Shown here: in pieces, positions 28,361 through 37,935 of the stretch
How the letters are laid out: the number at the start of each line of letters is the position of its first letter
Numbering within the stretch: the stretch's first letter is position 1
Source of the DNA: a virus
Lineage: Duplodnaviria; Caudoviricetes
Length of the DNA stretch: 64,000 nt
IMG/VR virus record: IMGVR_UViG_3300032277_002183
Coordinates: 147-64,146 of that record
Direction: 5' to 3' (one strand)
Position numbers and translations under genes: made by a program
The notes under the pieces: generated by a model
Databases searched by the model: none
Seen by the model: the letters and a program-made list of their open reading frames with translations, nothing else
Told to the model about the DNA's origin: nothing

Positions 28361-29221
28361 ATGAAAATAGTAAATACTTTTATATCTGACGGCGGAGCTT
28401 TACCAGATTACGTTAGATTTTCAATCCAAAAAGCAAGACAGACTAATCCAGATGTCGGCTTTGATTTTATTTGTAAAGATGATCAACCTTTATTTGAAGA
28501 ATTCGGAGTGAACTGGATTCCTCAAGATGAGCTCTCTAATGGAGACGTTATAACGCAGTTTAATAAAGTCTGCAATTTTAGCAGGCACGGTACTCCCAAC
28601 ACTTCATACCCTAGTCCAGAACTTTTCTGGCACAGGACTTGTGAGCGCCTTTACTACTTGGATGAATATCTCAATAGAGAACGTATTTACGATGCGTTTC
28701 ACTTTGAGAATGATGTCCTAATTTATGGTGATCTCAAAGATGTTCCTACGGAGACATTGTTGAGCCTGACTCCCATGTCTATAAATCAGGTAACTTTTGC
28801 TTTTGCTCATATTCCTACACCACAACACACAAGATATATGTGCCTCTTCTTCAATCAATTACTGGAACAAGGGGAGCAGTGGCTAATGCAGGAGTTCGGG
28901 TTTGATCACGTAAGCGAAATGTCGTTATTACATGTAGCGAATTTAAATCGCATGTTCTGCGCGCTACCAACGGTTCCTAATTTTCAAGACGATCATGATT
29001 ATATATTTGATCCGGGTTCATATGGACAATATCTAGGCGGCACAAACAATGGGCATGGCGCAGGATTTATTGATGACAAACATGTGATTGGCTCTGCGAT
29101 GATCGCAGAAGAAATTAGTGCAGAGTTTACTGATCGCCCTTATGCGATAAGGATGGATGGTGAGCGCTTTCCAATATTCAATCTTCATGTCCACAGCAAA
29201 AACCTAGAAAGGTTTGTATAA
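28361..29221 (+). CDS. glycosyltransferase-like protein
   Basis: ERLYYL, HFENDVLIY, IFDPGSYGQYLGG, NLHVHSK. Confidence 0.55.
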   Translation: MKIVNTFISDGGALPDYVRFSIQKARQTNPDVGFDFICKDDQPLFEEFGVNWIPQDELSNGDVITQFNKVCNFSRHGTPNTSYPSPELFWHRTCERLYYLDEYLNRERIYDAFHFENDVLIYGDLKDVPTETLLSLTPMSINQVTFAFAHIPTPQHTRYMCLFFNQLLEQGEQWLMQEFGFDHVSEMSLLHVANLNRMFCALPTVPNFQDDHDYIFDPGSYGQYLGGTNNGHGAGFIDDKHVIGSAMIAEEISAEFTDRPYAIRMDGERFPIFNLHVHSKNLERFV

Positions 29222-30039
29222 TGTCAGAAATTATAAACTTAGCAAAAGACAAGCCCGATACTTATGTTTATCAACAGGCTGCTGAAATTTTATGCGATAC
29301 ACTAGAAAAAAACTATTCTTTTGTCATTCAAACATGGGATGGAGAGAAGCCTACAGAAACAAAGCACCCAAAGGTTTTGATCTCGACATCTGATGAAAGC
29401 CATAATGTTCCCGTAGAAGCTCGTGACGACTCCTATGTGCATGTCTTTAAACAATATGTTCCAATGGCAGACATGAAAAATCCTACTTCTATCTTACATG
29501 AATGGGAAAGCAGGGTCACGCCACTTCCACTCTGCTCTCTTGAGGGCTTTGATCCTCAACCTATAAATGTAAATGAAAGAGCTTACGACTGGTCTTGGAT
29601 GGGTCAATTTGATCCATACACAAGAGTAAACTTCAGAAATGCCGTAGTCAATCTTGAAACAAGAGGTCACGCATCTGAAGTGTTATGGTATGAGGGATGG
29701 AACAATGGGAATCCAATGGAAGATTATTCTAATGTAATGGCTAATACTAGAATCGCTTTAGTTCCTAATGGGTCTGCGAGTTATGAGAGTTTTAGATTCT
29801 TTGAAGCTGCTATGGCTGGATGTGTTATAGTATCACAACAAATGCCTGTTACTTCAATGTACAATGTTGCCCCAACAATTACAGTGGACAACAACTGGAG
29901 CAATCTTCCAAACGTAATAGATATGATCTTACAAAATCCAGAAGAAATGGAATATTATTCTGAAGCAGGTAAGGCATGGTATAAATATTTTTGCTCACCG
30001 GAAGGGCTGGCATACTATATGAGGAAAAGGCTCAAATGA
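29221..30039 (+). CDS. GT-B/exostosin-like glycosyltransferase
   Basis: IALVPNG...ESFRFFEAAMAGCVIV. Confidence 0.65.
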   Translation: MSEIINLAKDKPDTYVYQQAAEILCDTLEKNYSFVIQTWDGEKPTETKHPKVLISTSDESHNVPVEARDDSYVHVFKQYVPMADMKNPTSILHEWESRVTPLPLCSLEGFDPQPINVNERAYDWSWMGQFDPYTRVNFRNAVVNLETRGHASEVLWYEGWNNGNPMEDYSNVMANTRIALVPNGSASYESFRFFEAAMAGCVIVSQQMPVTSMYNVAPTITVDNNWSNLPNVIDMILQNPEEMEYYSEAGKAWYKYFCSPEGLAYYMRKRLK

Positions 30040-30827
30040 ACAGTATAAATTTTGTTGATGGAGATAGTTTCAAATCTATTTGCGATTTTGAACTCGGTGA
30101 AAAGATGCCGGAAAAACAAGAGCTTATTATGTATGCTCCTTCTGACAAGTATTTAGAGGCGCTCGTTTTTATAGAGAAGAACAAATCCAAGAAATTCAAA
30201 CTTGTGACTCACAATGGCGACATGGAAATCGTTCTAGATAAAAGACTTCTTCCTTCAAACCTAGTTTGTTGGTATGCGCAAAACCTATCTAGTGCATCTA
30301 GCAGGACTTCGCCAATACCAATAGGTTTAGAAAATTCCCACTGGCATCCGACCAAAAGAGATGCAATAATAAATTGTCAAGCTCAAAATGAGAGAATTAT
30401 TAAACCCTTTTCTCAGTTCAATCCATCTACACACGAGTCAAGGATTGAGTTAGTCCGACTGATTAGGAACAAGGTAATAGATGTTGATTTTTCATATTCA
30501 GTTAATGGTACACATTTTGATGAATATGTTTTTAACTTATCTAAATACACCTTTTGTCTTTGCCCTAGAGGAAATGGTATAGACACTCACAGGATATGGG
30601 AAGCTCTTTATATGGGATGTATACCAATTGTACAAAACCATCTTACACACAAATGCCTTTCTGGGTTGCCGATACTTTTCGTAGATGACTGGCAAGAAGT
30701 AACTCAGCAAAAGCTTGTGCAATTCTTGGACGAAGCTACTAATATTATGTATAATCTCGAAAAGCTTTCGTTTGAGTACTGGGAGAATTTAATAAAAGAT
30801 GAAGAAAATAGCTGCGGATGCAGATAG
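30036..30827 (+). CDS. exostosin-like (GT47-like) glycosyltransferase
   Basis: FCLCPRGNGIDTHRIWEALYMGCIPIV. Confidence 0.75.
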   Translation: MNSINFVDGDSFKSICDFELGEKMPEKQELIMYAPSDKYLEALVFIEKNKSKKFKLVTHNGDMEIVLDKRLLPSNLVCWYAQNLSSASSRTSPIPIGLENSHWHPTKRDAIINCQAQNERIIKPFSQFNPSTHESRIELVRLIRNKVIDVDFSYSVNGTHFDEYVFNLSKYTFCLCPRGNGIDTHRIWEALYMGCIPIVQNHLTHKCLSGLPILFVDDWQEVTQQKLVQFLDEATNIMYNLEKLSFEYWENLIKDEENSCGCR

Positions 30828-31710
30828 TTTGAGGGTTAGGTTTGAGAATTTTTGGGGAGGTTTCCCTATATATGACAACATTATAACCGTCGCCTTAAAT
30901 ATGAAATATAATGTTGAAGTTGTAAATGATAACCCAGACATTATTGTACATCAAGGCCCAACTCAAAGCAAGCATGACACAGCTATTACTATAGCTTGGT
31001 TTATAGAATCTATGAATCGAATCGGAGAGCCTAACTACAATAACTGCGATTACTCTTTTAATAGCTGCAACTTTGATGACGATAGAAACTATAGGATTCC
31101 GTTCTGGTCTACACAAATAAATTGGAATGGCACTACCGCCCACGATCTTAATCGAGGGCCGACATATTATATATCCTTAGATGATCTAGATAACAGATAT
31201 ATAAGCGACAGGGATCGACTGTGCTGCTCTGTGGCTTCGGGTACTCTTGGGAAGAGAGCTGAATTTTATCCATATATATCATCGAGGATGGATGTTAGTC
31301 ATGGTGGAGACTTCCTAAGAAATACAATAGAAATGGTTGAAAAGCCGGGCAATAGTGATTATCTAGAGAAGATAGAATTTATTTCTAAGTTCAAGTCAAA
31401 CTTATGTTTTGAAAACGATGACAGGCAGGGCTACGTATGTGAGAAAATTTTGCACTCCTTTTATGCAGGATGTTTACCAATATACTGGGGACCGAAAAAT
31501 GTTGGCGAAGACTTTAACAAAGAAGCGTTTATTGACATAAGTGACTTTGCATCTGACGAGGAAGCTGTTGATTATATATATGAAGTGCTGTCTGATGGAT
31601 CAAAACTATTGAGCTATTTAGAACAGCCCGTCTTTACAGATGGGCAAGTACCGTACCACGCAACACCAGAATCATTATTAGACTTTTTTACAGGAAAGAT
31701 ACTTGCATGA
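30799..31710 (+). CDS. GT10 alpha-1,3-fucosyltransferase-like
   Basis: KFKSNLCFEN...GYVCEKILHSFYAGCLPIYWG matches the GT10 fucosyltransferase motif. Confidence 0.85.
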   Translation: MKKIAADADSLRVRFENFWGGFPIYDNIITVALNMKYNVEVVNDNPDIIVHQGPTQSKHDTAITIAWFIESMNRIGEPNYNNCDYSFNSCNFDDDRNYRIPFWSTQINWNGTTAHDLNRGPTYYISLDDLDNRYISDRDRLCCSVASGTLGKRAEFYPYISSRMDVSHGGDFLRNTIEMVEKPGNSDYLEKIEFISKFKSNLCFENDDRQGYVCEKILHSFYAGCLPIYWGPKNVGEDFNKEAFIDISDFASDEEAVDYIYEVLSDGSKLLSYLEQPVFTDGQVPYHATPESLLDFFTGKILA

Positions 31711-32234
31711 GAAATCTACATTTAATAAAACCGGGTGATGTTTGCGCTGAAGTAGGAGTGTGGAAGGGAGAGTTCTCTCACTACATACTACAGCGTCAGC
31801 CATCCAAGCTGCACCTGATAGATCCTTGGCTACATCAAGACTTCCCAGTAGATAACCCTGAAGATCTTAGGATTTACTGTTGTGGGCAAGAAGAAATGGA
31901 TAAAATCTACGACGATGTAGTTGGCATGTTCGACCACTTTCAGAGTACAGAAATTCACAGGAATTTTTCTATAGATATAGAATTTCCAGAACAATACTTT
32001 GATTGGGTTTATATAGATGGAAATCATAGCTATGAGAATGTACTTGAAGACCTATTGCATTATCATAAGTCCATGAAGTCTGGAGGACATCTTTGCGGTG
32101 ACGATTATGGAGACAACGACGAGCACGATCCATATTCTAACGGTGGCCCAAAAAGAGCAGTGAAGGAATTCACCGAAGCAACTGGACTTAGTGTGAACGT
32201 TGAAGGCACTCAATTTTCTATAAGGATACCATAA
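31707..32234 (+). CDS. class I SAM methyltransferase (Methyltransf_24-like)
   Basis: AEVGVWKG, LIDPW, WVYIDGNHSYE, GGHLCGDDY. Confidence 0.85.
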   Translation: MRNLHLIKPGDVCAEVGVWKGEFSHYILQRQPSKLHLIDPWLHQDFPVDNPEDLRIYCCGQEEMDKIYDDVVGMFDHFQSTEIHRNFSIDIEFPEQYFDWVYIDGNHSYENVLEDLLHYHKSMKSGGHLCGDDYGDNDEHDPYSNGGPKRAVKEFTEATGLSVNVEGTQFSIRIP

Positions 32235-32809
32235 TGGCTGGTGAATTTTCACACAATGAAAACAAATACTTCTTTCTGCATATCCCCAAGACTGGCGGTA
32301 AAATGTGGGAACATCTTTTTAGTGGTATTGGTTTAACATCTGGACATGCCTTTGTAGAGTCTAAACCAGAAGGTTACTCATTTACCGTTATTAGAAATCC
32401 CTTTGATAGGCTTGTTAGTTGTTTTTATTACTTAAAAGCTGGAGGGTGCTGGTCAGGAGATGCCAATGACGCTCTCAAATATGACATAACACATAACAGC
32501 TTTGAAGACTGGTTAAAGCTAGCCGCGCAGAACCCAGAGCATTATCTAGAACAACAGCACGTAATGCCAATGATGCGTAGGATAGGCAAAAAAGAAAACT
32601 TTGACCATATTGGGCTCTTCGAGAATCTGGAACAAGAGACTAAGAACCTATATTCTATTATACATGGCGAAGATCTTGAAGAAGTCCCTGTAATAAACAA
32701 AAGTAGTCACAAAGATTTTAGAGACTGTTACACAGAAGAAACTGCAAGCATAGTTGCAGAATTATATCGAGAAGATATAAACTTATACAAGGAACTATTA
32801 AATGCATAA
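32234..32809 (+). CDS. sulfotransferase (Sulfotransfer_2-like)
   Basis: FLHIPKTGG (5'-PAPS loop) and RNPFDRLVS (3'-PB motif). Confidence 0.85.
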   Translation: MAGEFSHNENKYFFLHIPKTGGKMWEHLFSGIGLTSGHAFVESKPEGYSFTVIRNPFDRLVSCFYYLKAGGCWSGDANDALKYDITHNSFEDWLKLAAQNPEHYLEQQHVMPMMRRIGKKENFDHIGLFENLEQETKNLYSIIHGEDLEEVPVINKSSHKDFRDCYTEETASIVAELYREDINLYKELLNA

Positions 32810-33209
32810 GATATATAAAGATGATAAGCTTTATCACTGCTACTTTAATGCTGATGAATATCAGGAAGGTAGATTCGACGCAACTGACGCTGAAGAATAT
32901 TTACAGTGTGCTATTATAAACATGGATGATGGCAAAAAGTTTGATCCACACGTCCACATCCCTTGCGAAAGAACAACTGACACAACTCAAGAATCTTGGG
33001 TAGTTCTTAAAGGAAAGATAAAGATTACATATTATGATGAAGATAAGAACCCAATGGATGAACCAGCGATAATTTCTGCTGGAGGTTGTACAATCAGTTT
33101 CTGGGGCGGTCACAAATATGAATGTCTAGAAGACGGAACTGTAGTTTATGAATTTAAGACTGGCCCATACTTTGGCAAAGATGCAGATAAGGTGGTATTC
33201 AATGACTAA
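32802..33209 (+). CDS. WbuC-like cupin
   Basis: PHVH...QESW...GGH...EFKTGPY. Confidence 0.7.
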   Translation: MHKIYKDDKLYHCYFNADEYQEGRFDATDAEEYLQCAIINMDDGKKFDPHVHIPCERTTDTTQESWVVLKGKIKITYYDEDKNPMDEPAIISAGGCTISFWGGHKYECLEDGTVVYEFKTGPYFGKDADKVVFND

Positions 33210-34437
33210 GCTTCACTTAGGATGCGGATGGAGAAATTTTGGAGACGATTGGATTCATATTGATGGTGGTGATTATGAGCACTTAGACCACAATGATATC
33301 ACGAAGCTCCCCTACAAAGATGAAACAGTTGATGTAATATATGCATCGCATGTTTTGGAATACTTTGATAGAGAGGAAGCGGTTGAAGTTTTAGCTGAAT
33401 GGACACGGGTCCTCAAGAAAGGTGGCACGTTAAGAATAGCTGTGCCAGATTTTGAGGCTATGGCTATCATGTATGTAATGAATAAAAATACTTTAGATGC
33501 CTCTGAACTAAGCAGTTTTCTCGGACCTTTATACGGTAAGATGGAAATGGCAGATCAGACTATCTACCACAAAACAGCATATGATCTTAATGAGATTTCC
33601 AAGCTTCTTCATTCTGTTGGTGTAGAACAGGTTAAGCGATATGACTGGAGAGACACAGAACATGCAAGTTTTGATGATCATTCCCAAGCATACATACCAC
33701 ATATGGACAAAGAAAACGGCACACTGATTAGCTTAAACGTGGAAGGCATAAAAGCTTGGAGCCCCAAATCGTATTCTCAAGTTGAATTTTATTATAATAA
33801 CTTAGGCGCCACTAACTTTGCGAGAGGAGACTCCAATAACCATCCTTATGAACTTCACGTAGACGAACAAAAGCAGATAAACTTTTTCCTTCAGGCAATA
33901 ACAAATATCGAAAGAGAAAACCCTAGCATGATAGAACTAGGTCACTCATCTCATTCAGCGTATTCTCAAACATTCAATGATATCTTTTATGGGAATTGCA
34001 CCAATGTAGCTATTGAGCCGATAGAAGAAGATGTTGAAACAGCAAGACAGTATTGGTCTAAGCATGATTTAAAGGGACATTTTTATCATGGTTGGGCTGG
34101 GTCAGAGAAACCTCCGGTAGAAGCTGGAGATAAGTTCACCGTTAAACAGCTCATGGACAAACACGACATTGAGTTTTTAGATATATTACATATGGACATA
34201 GATGGGTCTGAAGAATGTGTGTTATCTGAAATGGCGGATGATGGAGTACTTAATAAAATTAACTATATGTTTATCTCCACTCACGACCATATTAAAGATG
34301 GTATACATTCATCATGTATTGATATACTAAGTAGAAACATAAAGGATTGTAGAGTAGTTACTGTAACAGGCGCAGGGCGTGATTCCTGTTTAGTTGTGAA
34401 AAACAATAAACTAACTAAAGAATTGAGAGGAAGATAG
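33202..34437 (+). CDS. two-domain methyltransferase (type-11-like + FkbM-like)
   Basis: N-domain LHLGCG...ASHVLEY...VLKKGG...VPD; C-domain LDILHMDIDGSE. Confidence 0.75.
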   Translation: MTKLHLGCGWRNFGDDWIHIDGGDYEHLDHNDITKLPYKDETVDVIYASHVLEYFDREEAVEVLAEWTRVLKKGGTLRIAVPDFEAMAIMYVMNKNTLDASELSSFLGPLYGKMEMADQTIYHKTAYDLNEISKLLHSVGVEQVKRYDWRDTEHASFDDHSQAYIPHMDKENGTLISLNVEGIKAWSPKSYSQVEFYYNNLGATNFARGDSNNHPYELHVDEQKQINFFLQAITNIERENPSMIELGHSSHSAYSQTFNDIFYGNCTNVAIEPIEEDVETARQYWSKHDLKGHFYHGWAGSEKPPVEAGDKFTVKQLMDKHDIEFLDILHMDIDGSEECVLSEMADDGVLNKINYMFISTHDHIKDGIHSSCIDILSRNIKDCRVVTVTGAGRDSCLVVKNNKLTKELRGR

Positions 34438-35801
34438 TGAATAACACAATACCATTGTGCATTACAGACCCGTCGCAAAAAAGAGGTAATTTTTACGGGC
34501 AAGGTAGGATTGATTCCATTATAACTCAATTTTTCAAACACAAAAACGTAAAGAATGGAACGTTCTTAGATGTGGGTTCTTTAGACGGAAAACGTTTTAG
34601 TAACACGTATGCCCTTGAAAGAGCAGGCTGGAAAGGTATTTGCATAGAGATGCACCCCTCATATGCCTTCCTACTCAGGCACAATAGACCAAACTCAATC
34701 TGCTACTCATGTGGAGTTTCTGATGAAGACAAAGTAGAAAAAACCGTTTCTCTTAACTGGAGGGCTTCGCTTAGCACCGTTGACCTTGAGCTAGAAAGTC
34801 ATTTTGAGAAGGACTATGGACCTTGGTACGGCGATAGATCAAAAAGTCAAATCAATGGGTTTTTGAATGGATTACATAAAATAAAGTTGCGTACTCTTAA
34901 TAGTATTATAGACGATAATGTTGAAAGTTTTCCGCACTTTGATTTTGTTTCTATCGACATTGATGGATCTGAAAAAAGGGCGCTCCAGCATTGTAATCTT
35001 GATAAGATTAATCCCACATTATTATCTTTAGAGTGGTCGGTCGTAGGAGAAGAGTACATTATTGAATATGCAAAACAATACAATATGATACCGGCACGTA
35101 AAGTGGGAGCCGATATCCTATTTACAAGATCTCAAGAAGATGCTGATATTATTAATTCTTTAGAAGTCACTGGTCGCCAGATTGAACATCCACATCCATG
35201 TAATAATAATATTAACAGCTATATGATTCCTTTTTTCGAGGAAGCCGTAGCGAGATTTTTTGGCTCTAAATATGCCGTTGCTGTTGACTGCTGTACTCAT
35301 GGTTTGGAACTGTGTCTACGGCATCAGAATATAGAAAAAATAACAATACCGGCTAGAACATATCTTTCAGTTCCTTTTCTTGCCGCTAAACTGGGGCTAG
35401 AATGGGAATGGAAAGAAGAAGACTGGAAGGATTATTATCAGTTAGGGGACACTAATATTTATGACGCTGCCGTACTATGGGAAAAAGACAGTTACATGCC
35501 CGGAACATTTATGTGTCTAAGCTTTCAATTCCAGAAACATTTAAGTTTAGGTCGTGGTGGAATGATCTTGACCGATGATGCAGATGCTGCATGGAAATTA
35601 AAAAAGATGTCACACGATGGAAGGCAACCAATAGTGCCTTGGAGAGAGCAAGATATTGACACGATTGGGTATCACTATTACATGACACCAGAAACTGCAG
35701 CTTTGGGTTTAGAAAAACTACCTGAAGCAATTAACACACCGCCCAGACAATGGGTTATTGAAGACTGGCCTGACCTAAGAAACATGGAGATTTTTAAATG
35801 A
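34437..35801 (+). CDS. FkbM-like methyltransferase fused to short DegT/DnrJ-type PLP aminotransferase
   Basis: FLDVGSLDG...SNT...SIDIDGSE, then YAVAVDCCT, DAA, SFQFQKHL (PLP Lys), GGMIL, GYHY. Confidence 0.8.
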   Translation: MNNTIPLCITDPSQKRGNFYGQGRIDSIITQFFKHKNVKNGTFLDVGSLDGKRFSNTYALERAGWKGICIEMHPSYAFLLRHNRPNSICYSCGVSDEDKVEKTVSLNWRASLSTVDLELESHFEKDYGPWYGDRSKSQINGFLNGLHKIKLRTLNSIIDDNVESFPHFDFVSIDIDGSEKRALQHCNLDKINPTLLSLEWSVVGEEYIIEYAKQYNMIPARKVGADILFTRSQEDADIINSLEVTGRQIEHPHPCNNNINSYMIPFFEEAVARFFGSKYAVAVDCCTHGLELCLRHQNIEKITIPARTYLSVPFLAAKLGLEWEWKEEDWKDYYQLGDTNIYDAAVLWEKDSYMPGTFMCLSFQFQKHLSLGRGGMILTDDADAAWKLKKMSHDGRQPIVPWREQDIDTIGYHYYMTPETAALGLEKLPEAINTPPRQWVIEDWPDLRNMEIFK

Positions 35802-36772
35802 GAAAAGTAGCACTAATAACTGGTATTTCTGGCCAAGATGGAAGCTATCTTGCAGAACACCTTTTAAAGCAAGATTACAAAGTTTACGGAATCATACGCA
35901 GACAATCTGTTGCAGAGAACCAAGAGTCAAGAATAGATCACATTATAGATCATGTCGAAACTCGTTATGGAGATCTAATGGATTGGTGTTCGCTAGAGCG
36001 CGTTGTTAAAGAATCTAATCCTACGCATATCTTTAATCTAGGAGCGATGAGCCACGTTAGAGTTAGTTCTGACGTACCATCCTTTACTATTAAAACTAAC
36101 GCAGAGGGCGTTCTGAATCTATTGGAAGTGTATAAGAATTACTGTCCTTCAGCCAGATTCTACCAAGCTAGCTCATCTGAAATGTTTGGCAATAGTGTCG
36201 ATGAAGATGGATTCCAAAGAGAAACAACACCAATGACTCCTGTTAGCCCTTACGGTTGCTCGAAGCTCATGGGATACTCTTTAGTTAGGCACTACAGACA
36301 TGCTTACAAGCTACATGCTTCCAATGGTATATTATTTAATCATGAATCGCCAAGAAGGGGATCTAACTTTGTGACAAACAAAGTAGTTAAGACTGCAGTT
36401 CAAATTTCTCTAGGAATGAAAGACAAGTTGTTCTTGGGCAATATGGATTCCTACAGAGACTGGGGACACTCCAAAGACTACACAAGAGCAATGATTGACA
36501 TCATTAACCACGACACTCCTGAAGACTTCGTTGTTGCTACTGGAGAAACTCATTCAGTCAGACAGTTATGTGAAGTAGTATTCGGTTGTTTGAACATGGA
36601 CTATAAGGACTATGTAGAACAAGATCCTAGATTCATGCGTCCAGAAGAACTAAAATACTTAAAGGGCGATCCAACAAAGACAAGAGAGACTTTTGGATGG
36701 GAGCCAGAATACACCTTCCAATCTATGATGGAAGAGATGGTCAAGCACTGGCAAAATTTCTACGAGAAATAG
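35798..36772 (+). CDS. gmd: GDP-mannose 4,6-dehydratase
   Basis: ITGISGQDGSYL, AMSHVRVS, YQASSSEMFG, SPYGCSK, GILFNHESPRRG, FVTNK, RDWGH. Confidence 0.96.
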   Translation: MRKVALITGISGQDGSYLAEHLLKQDYKVYGIIRRQSVAENQESRIDHIIDHVETRYGDLMDWCSLERVVKESNPTHIFNLGAMSHVRVSSDVPSFTIKTNAEGVLNLLEVYKNYCPSARFYQASSSEMFGNSVDEDGFQRETTPMTPVSPYGCSKLMGYSLVRHYRHAYKLHASNGILFNHESPRRGSNFVTNKVVKTAVQISLGMKDKLFLGNMDSYRDWGHSKDYTRAMIDIINHDTPEDFVVATGETHSVRQLCEVVFGCLNMDYKDYVEQDPRFMRPEELKYLKGDPTKTRETFGWEPEYTFQSMMEEMVKHWQNFYEK

Positions 36773-36773
36773 T

Positions 36774-37469
36774 ATGTATAAGACTTATGTAATGCACTAT
36801 ACGCCTCTCTCCGAAAGGAGAGAGTTTATTCTTAATCAGTTAGCCTCTGCTAACATTAAAGACTTTAAGCTTGTTACAGAGTTCGATAGAGAGCATCTGA
36901 CACAGCAGGATCTTTCTAGATACAATAAGGATCACGACTTCCACAAAGAAGTATGCGAGATATCAAGACAGCCACATGGGTTTGCTGGACTATCTCCATA
37001 CAATTACCAAGAGATGTCGCTGCCTTCCATATCACTCAATCTAAAACATTTACACGCATTTAAAGAATTCCTAAAACAAGACCTAGACTTTGGTTTATTT
37101 TTGGAAGATGATTGTTATTTTACTGGGCCATCAGTGGCAATAGATGATATAATTAAAAAGGCCCCAAATGATTGGGATGTTATATTCTTGGGCGGAGCAT
37201 TTGATCACGGCATCATAACGCCATCAGAGGTTTATGGTAACAGAGAGCAAGGCTATATTTTAGCGGCTCACCCCGCAACAAATACAACGTCATCAATAAT
37301 TTATAACAAACGGAGCGTAAGCGAAGTCATACCATACATGGAAAGCTTTTGCGTGCCGATTGATTGGCAATTAAACTATGCTTTTCATAAAGCACAACTA
37401 AAAGTATACCATATATATCCATACATATGTAGTCAAGGACAATTTAGGAGTACCGCAAAAGATGATTAG
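36774..37469 (+). CDS. GT25-like glycosyltransferase
   Basis: YVMHY...ERR, SLNLKH, LEDD, WDVIFLG, PIDW. Confidence 0.75.
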   Translation: MYKTYVMHYTPLSERREFILNQLASANIKDFKLVTEFDREHLTQQDLSRYNKDHDFHKEVCEISRQPHGFAGLSPYNYQEMSLPSISLNLKHLHAFKEFLKQDLDFGLFLEDDCYFTGPSVAIDDIIKKAPNDWDVIFLGGAFDHGIITPSEVYGNREQGYILAAHPATNTTSSIIYNKRSVSEVIPYMESFCVPIDWQLNYAFHKAQLKVYHIYPYICSQGQFRSTAKDD

Positions 37470-37935
37470 AATCGCAGCAATTTTAGATAGTCTTGGCCCA
37501 ACACAAAACGCTTTCTATTTAATTAAGGAATTCAATAAGCTGGGCAGCGATGTGAAATATGCACCTATATGTTTCTATAACAATCTATCGCCACCCGTAG
37601 TAAAGCCGCTCTTTTCGTGCATGAATATTTCATACTACGCTACTTATTATGGATATACTATAGCTAGCACTATAGAGACTGCAAACCTTATGCTTAAGAC
37701 ACACAACAGTTCTGAAAAGATATTCTATGTTTGGGATTTGGAATGGCTTAGAAACCCCATTGCTTTTGATAGTGTAGTTGATATCATGAGAGATGAAAGA
37801 ATTACACTAGTAGCTAGAAGCGAATATCACAGAGACTTAATAGAAAAATATGCCAACAAGAAAGTAGCGGGCATAGTTGATAACTGGAACATGAAACAAT
37901 TTGAGGAGATATTATGGACGCCAGCAAAATCATAG
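37462..37935 (+). CDS. hypothetical protein, GT-B half-domain-like
   Basis: FYVWDLEW motif; last gene of the glycan block. Confidence 0.45.
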   Translation: MIRIAAILDSLGPTQNAFYLIKEFNKLGSDVKYAPICFYNNLSPPVVKPLFSCMNISYYATYYGYTIASTIETANLMLKTHNSSEKIFYVWDLEWLRNPIAFDSVVDIMRDERITLVARSEYHRDLIEKYANKKVAGIVDNWNMKQFEEILWTPAKS

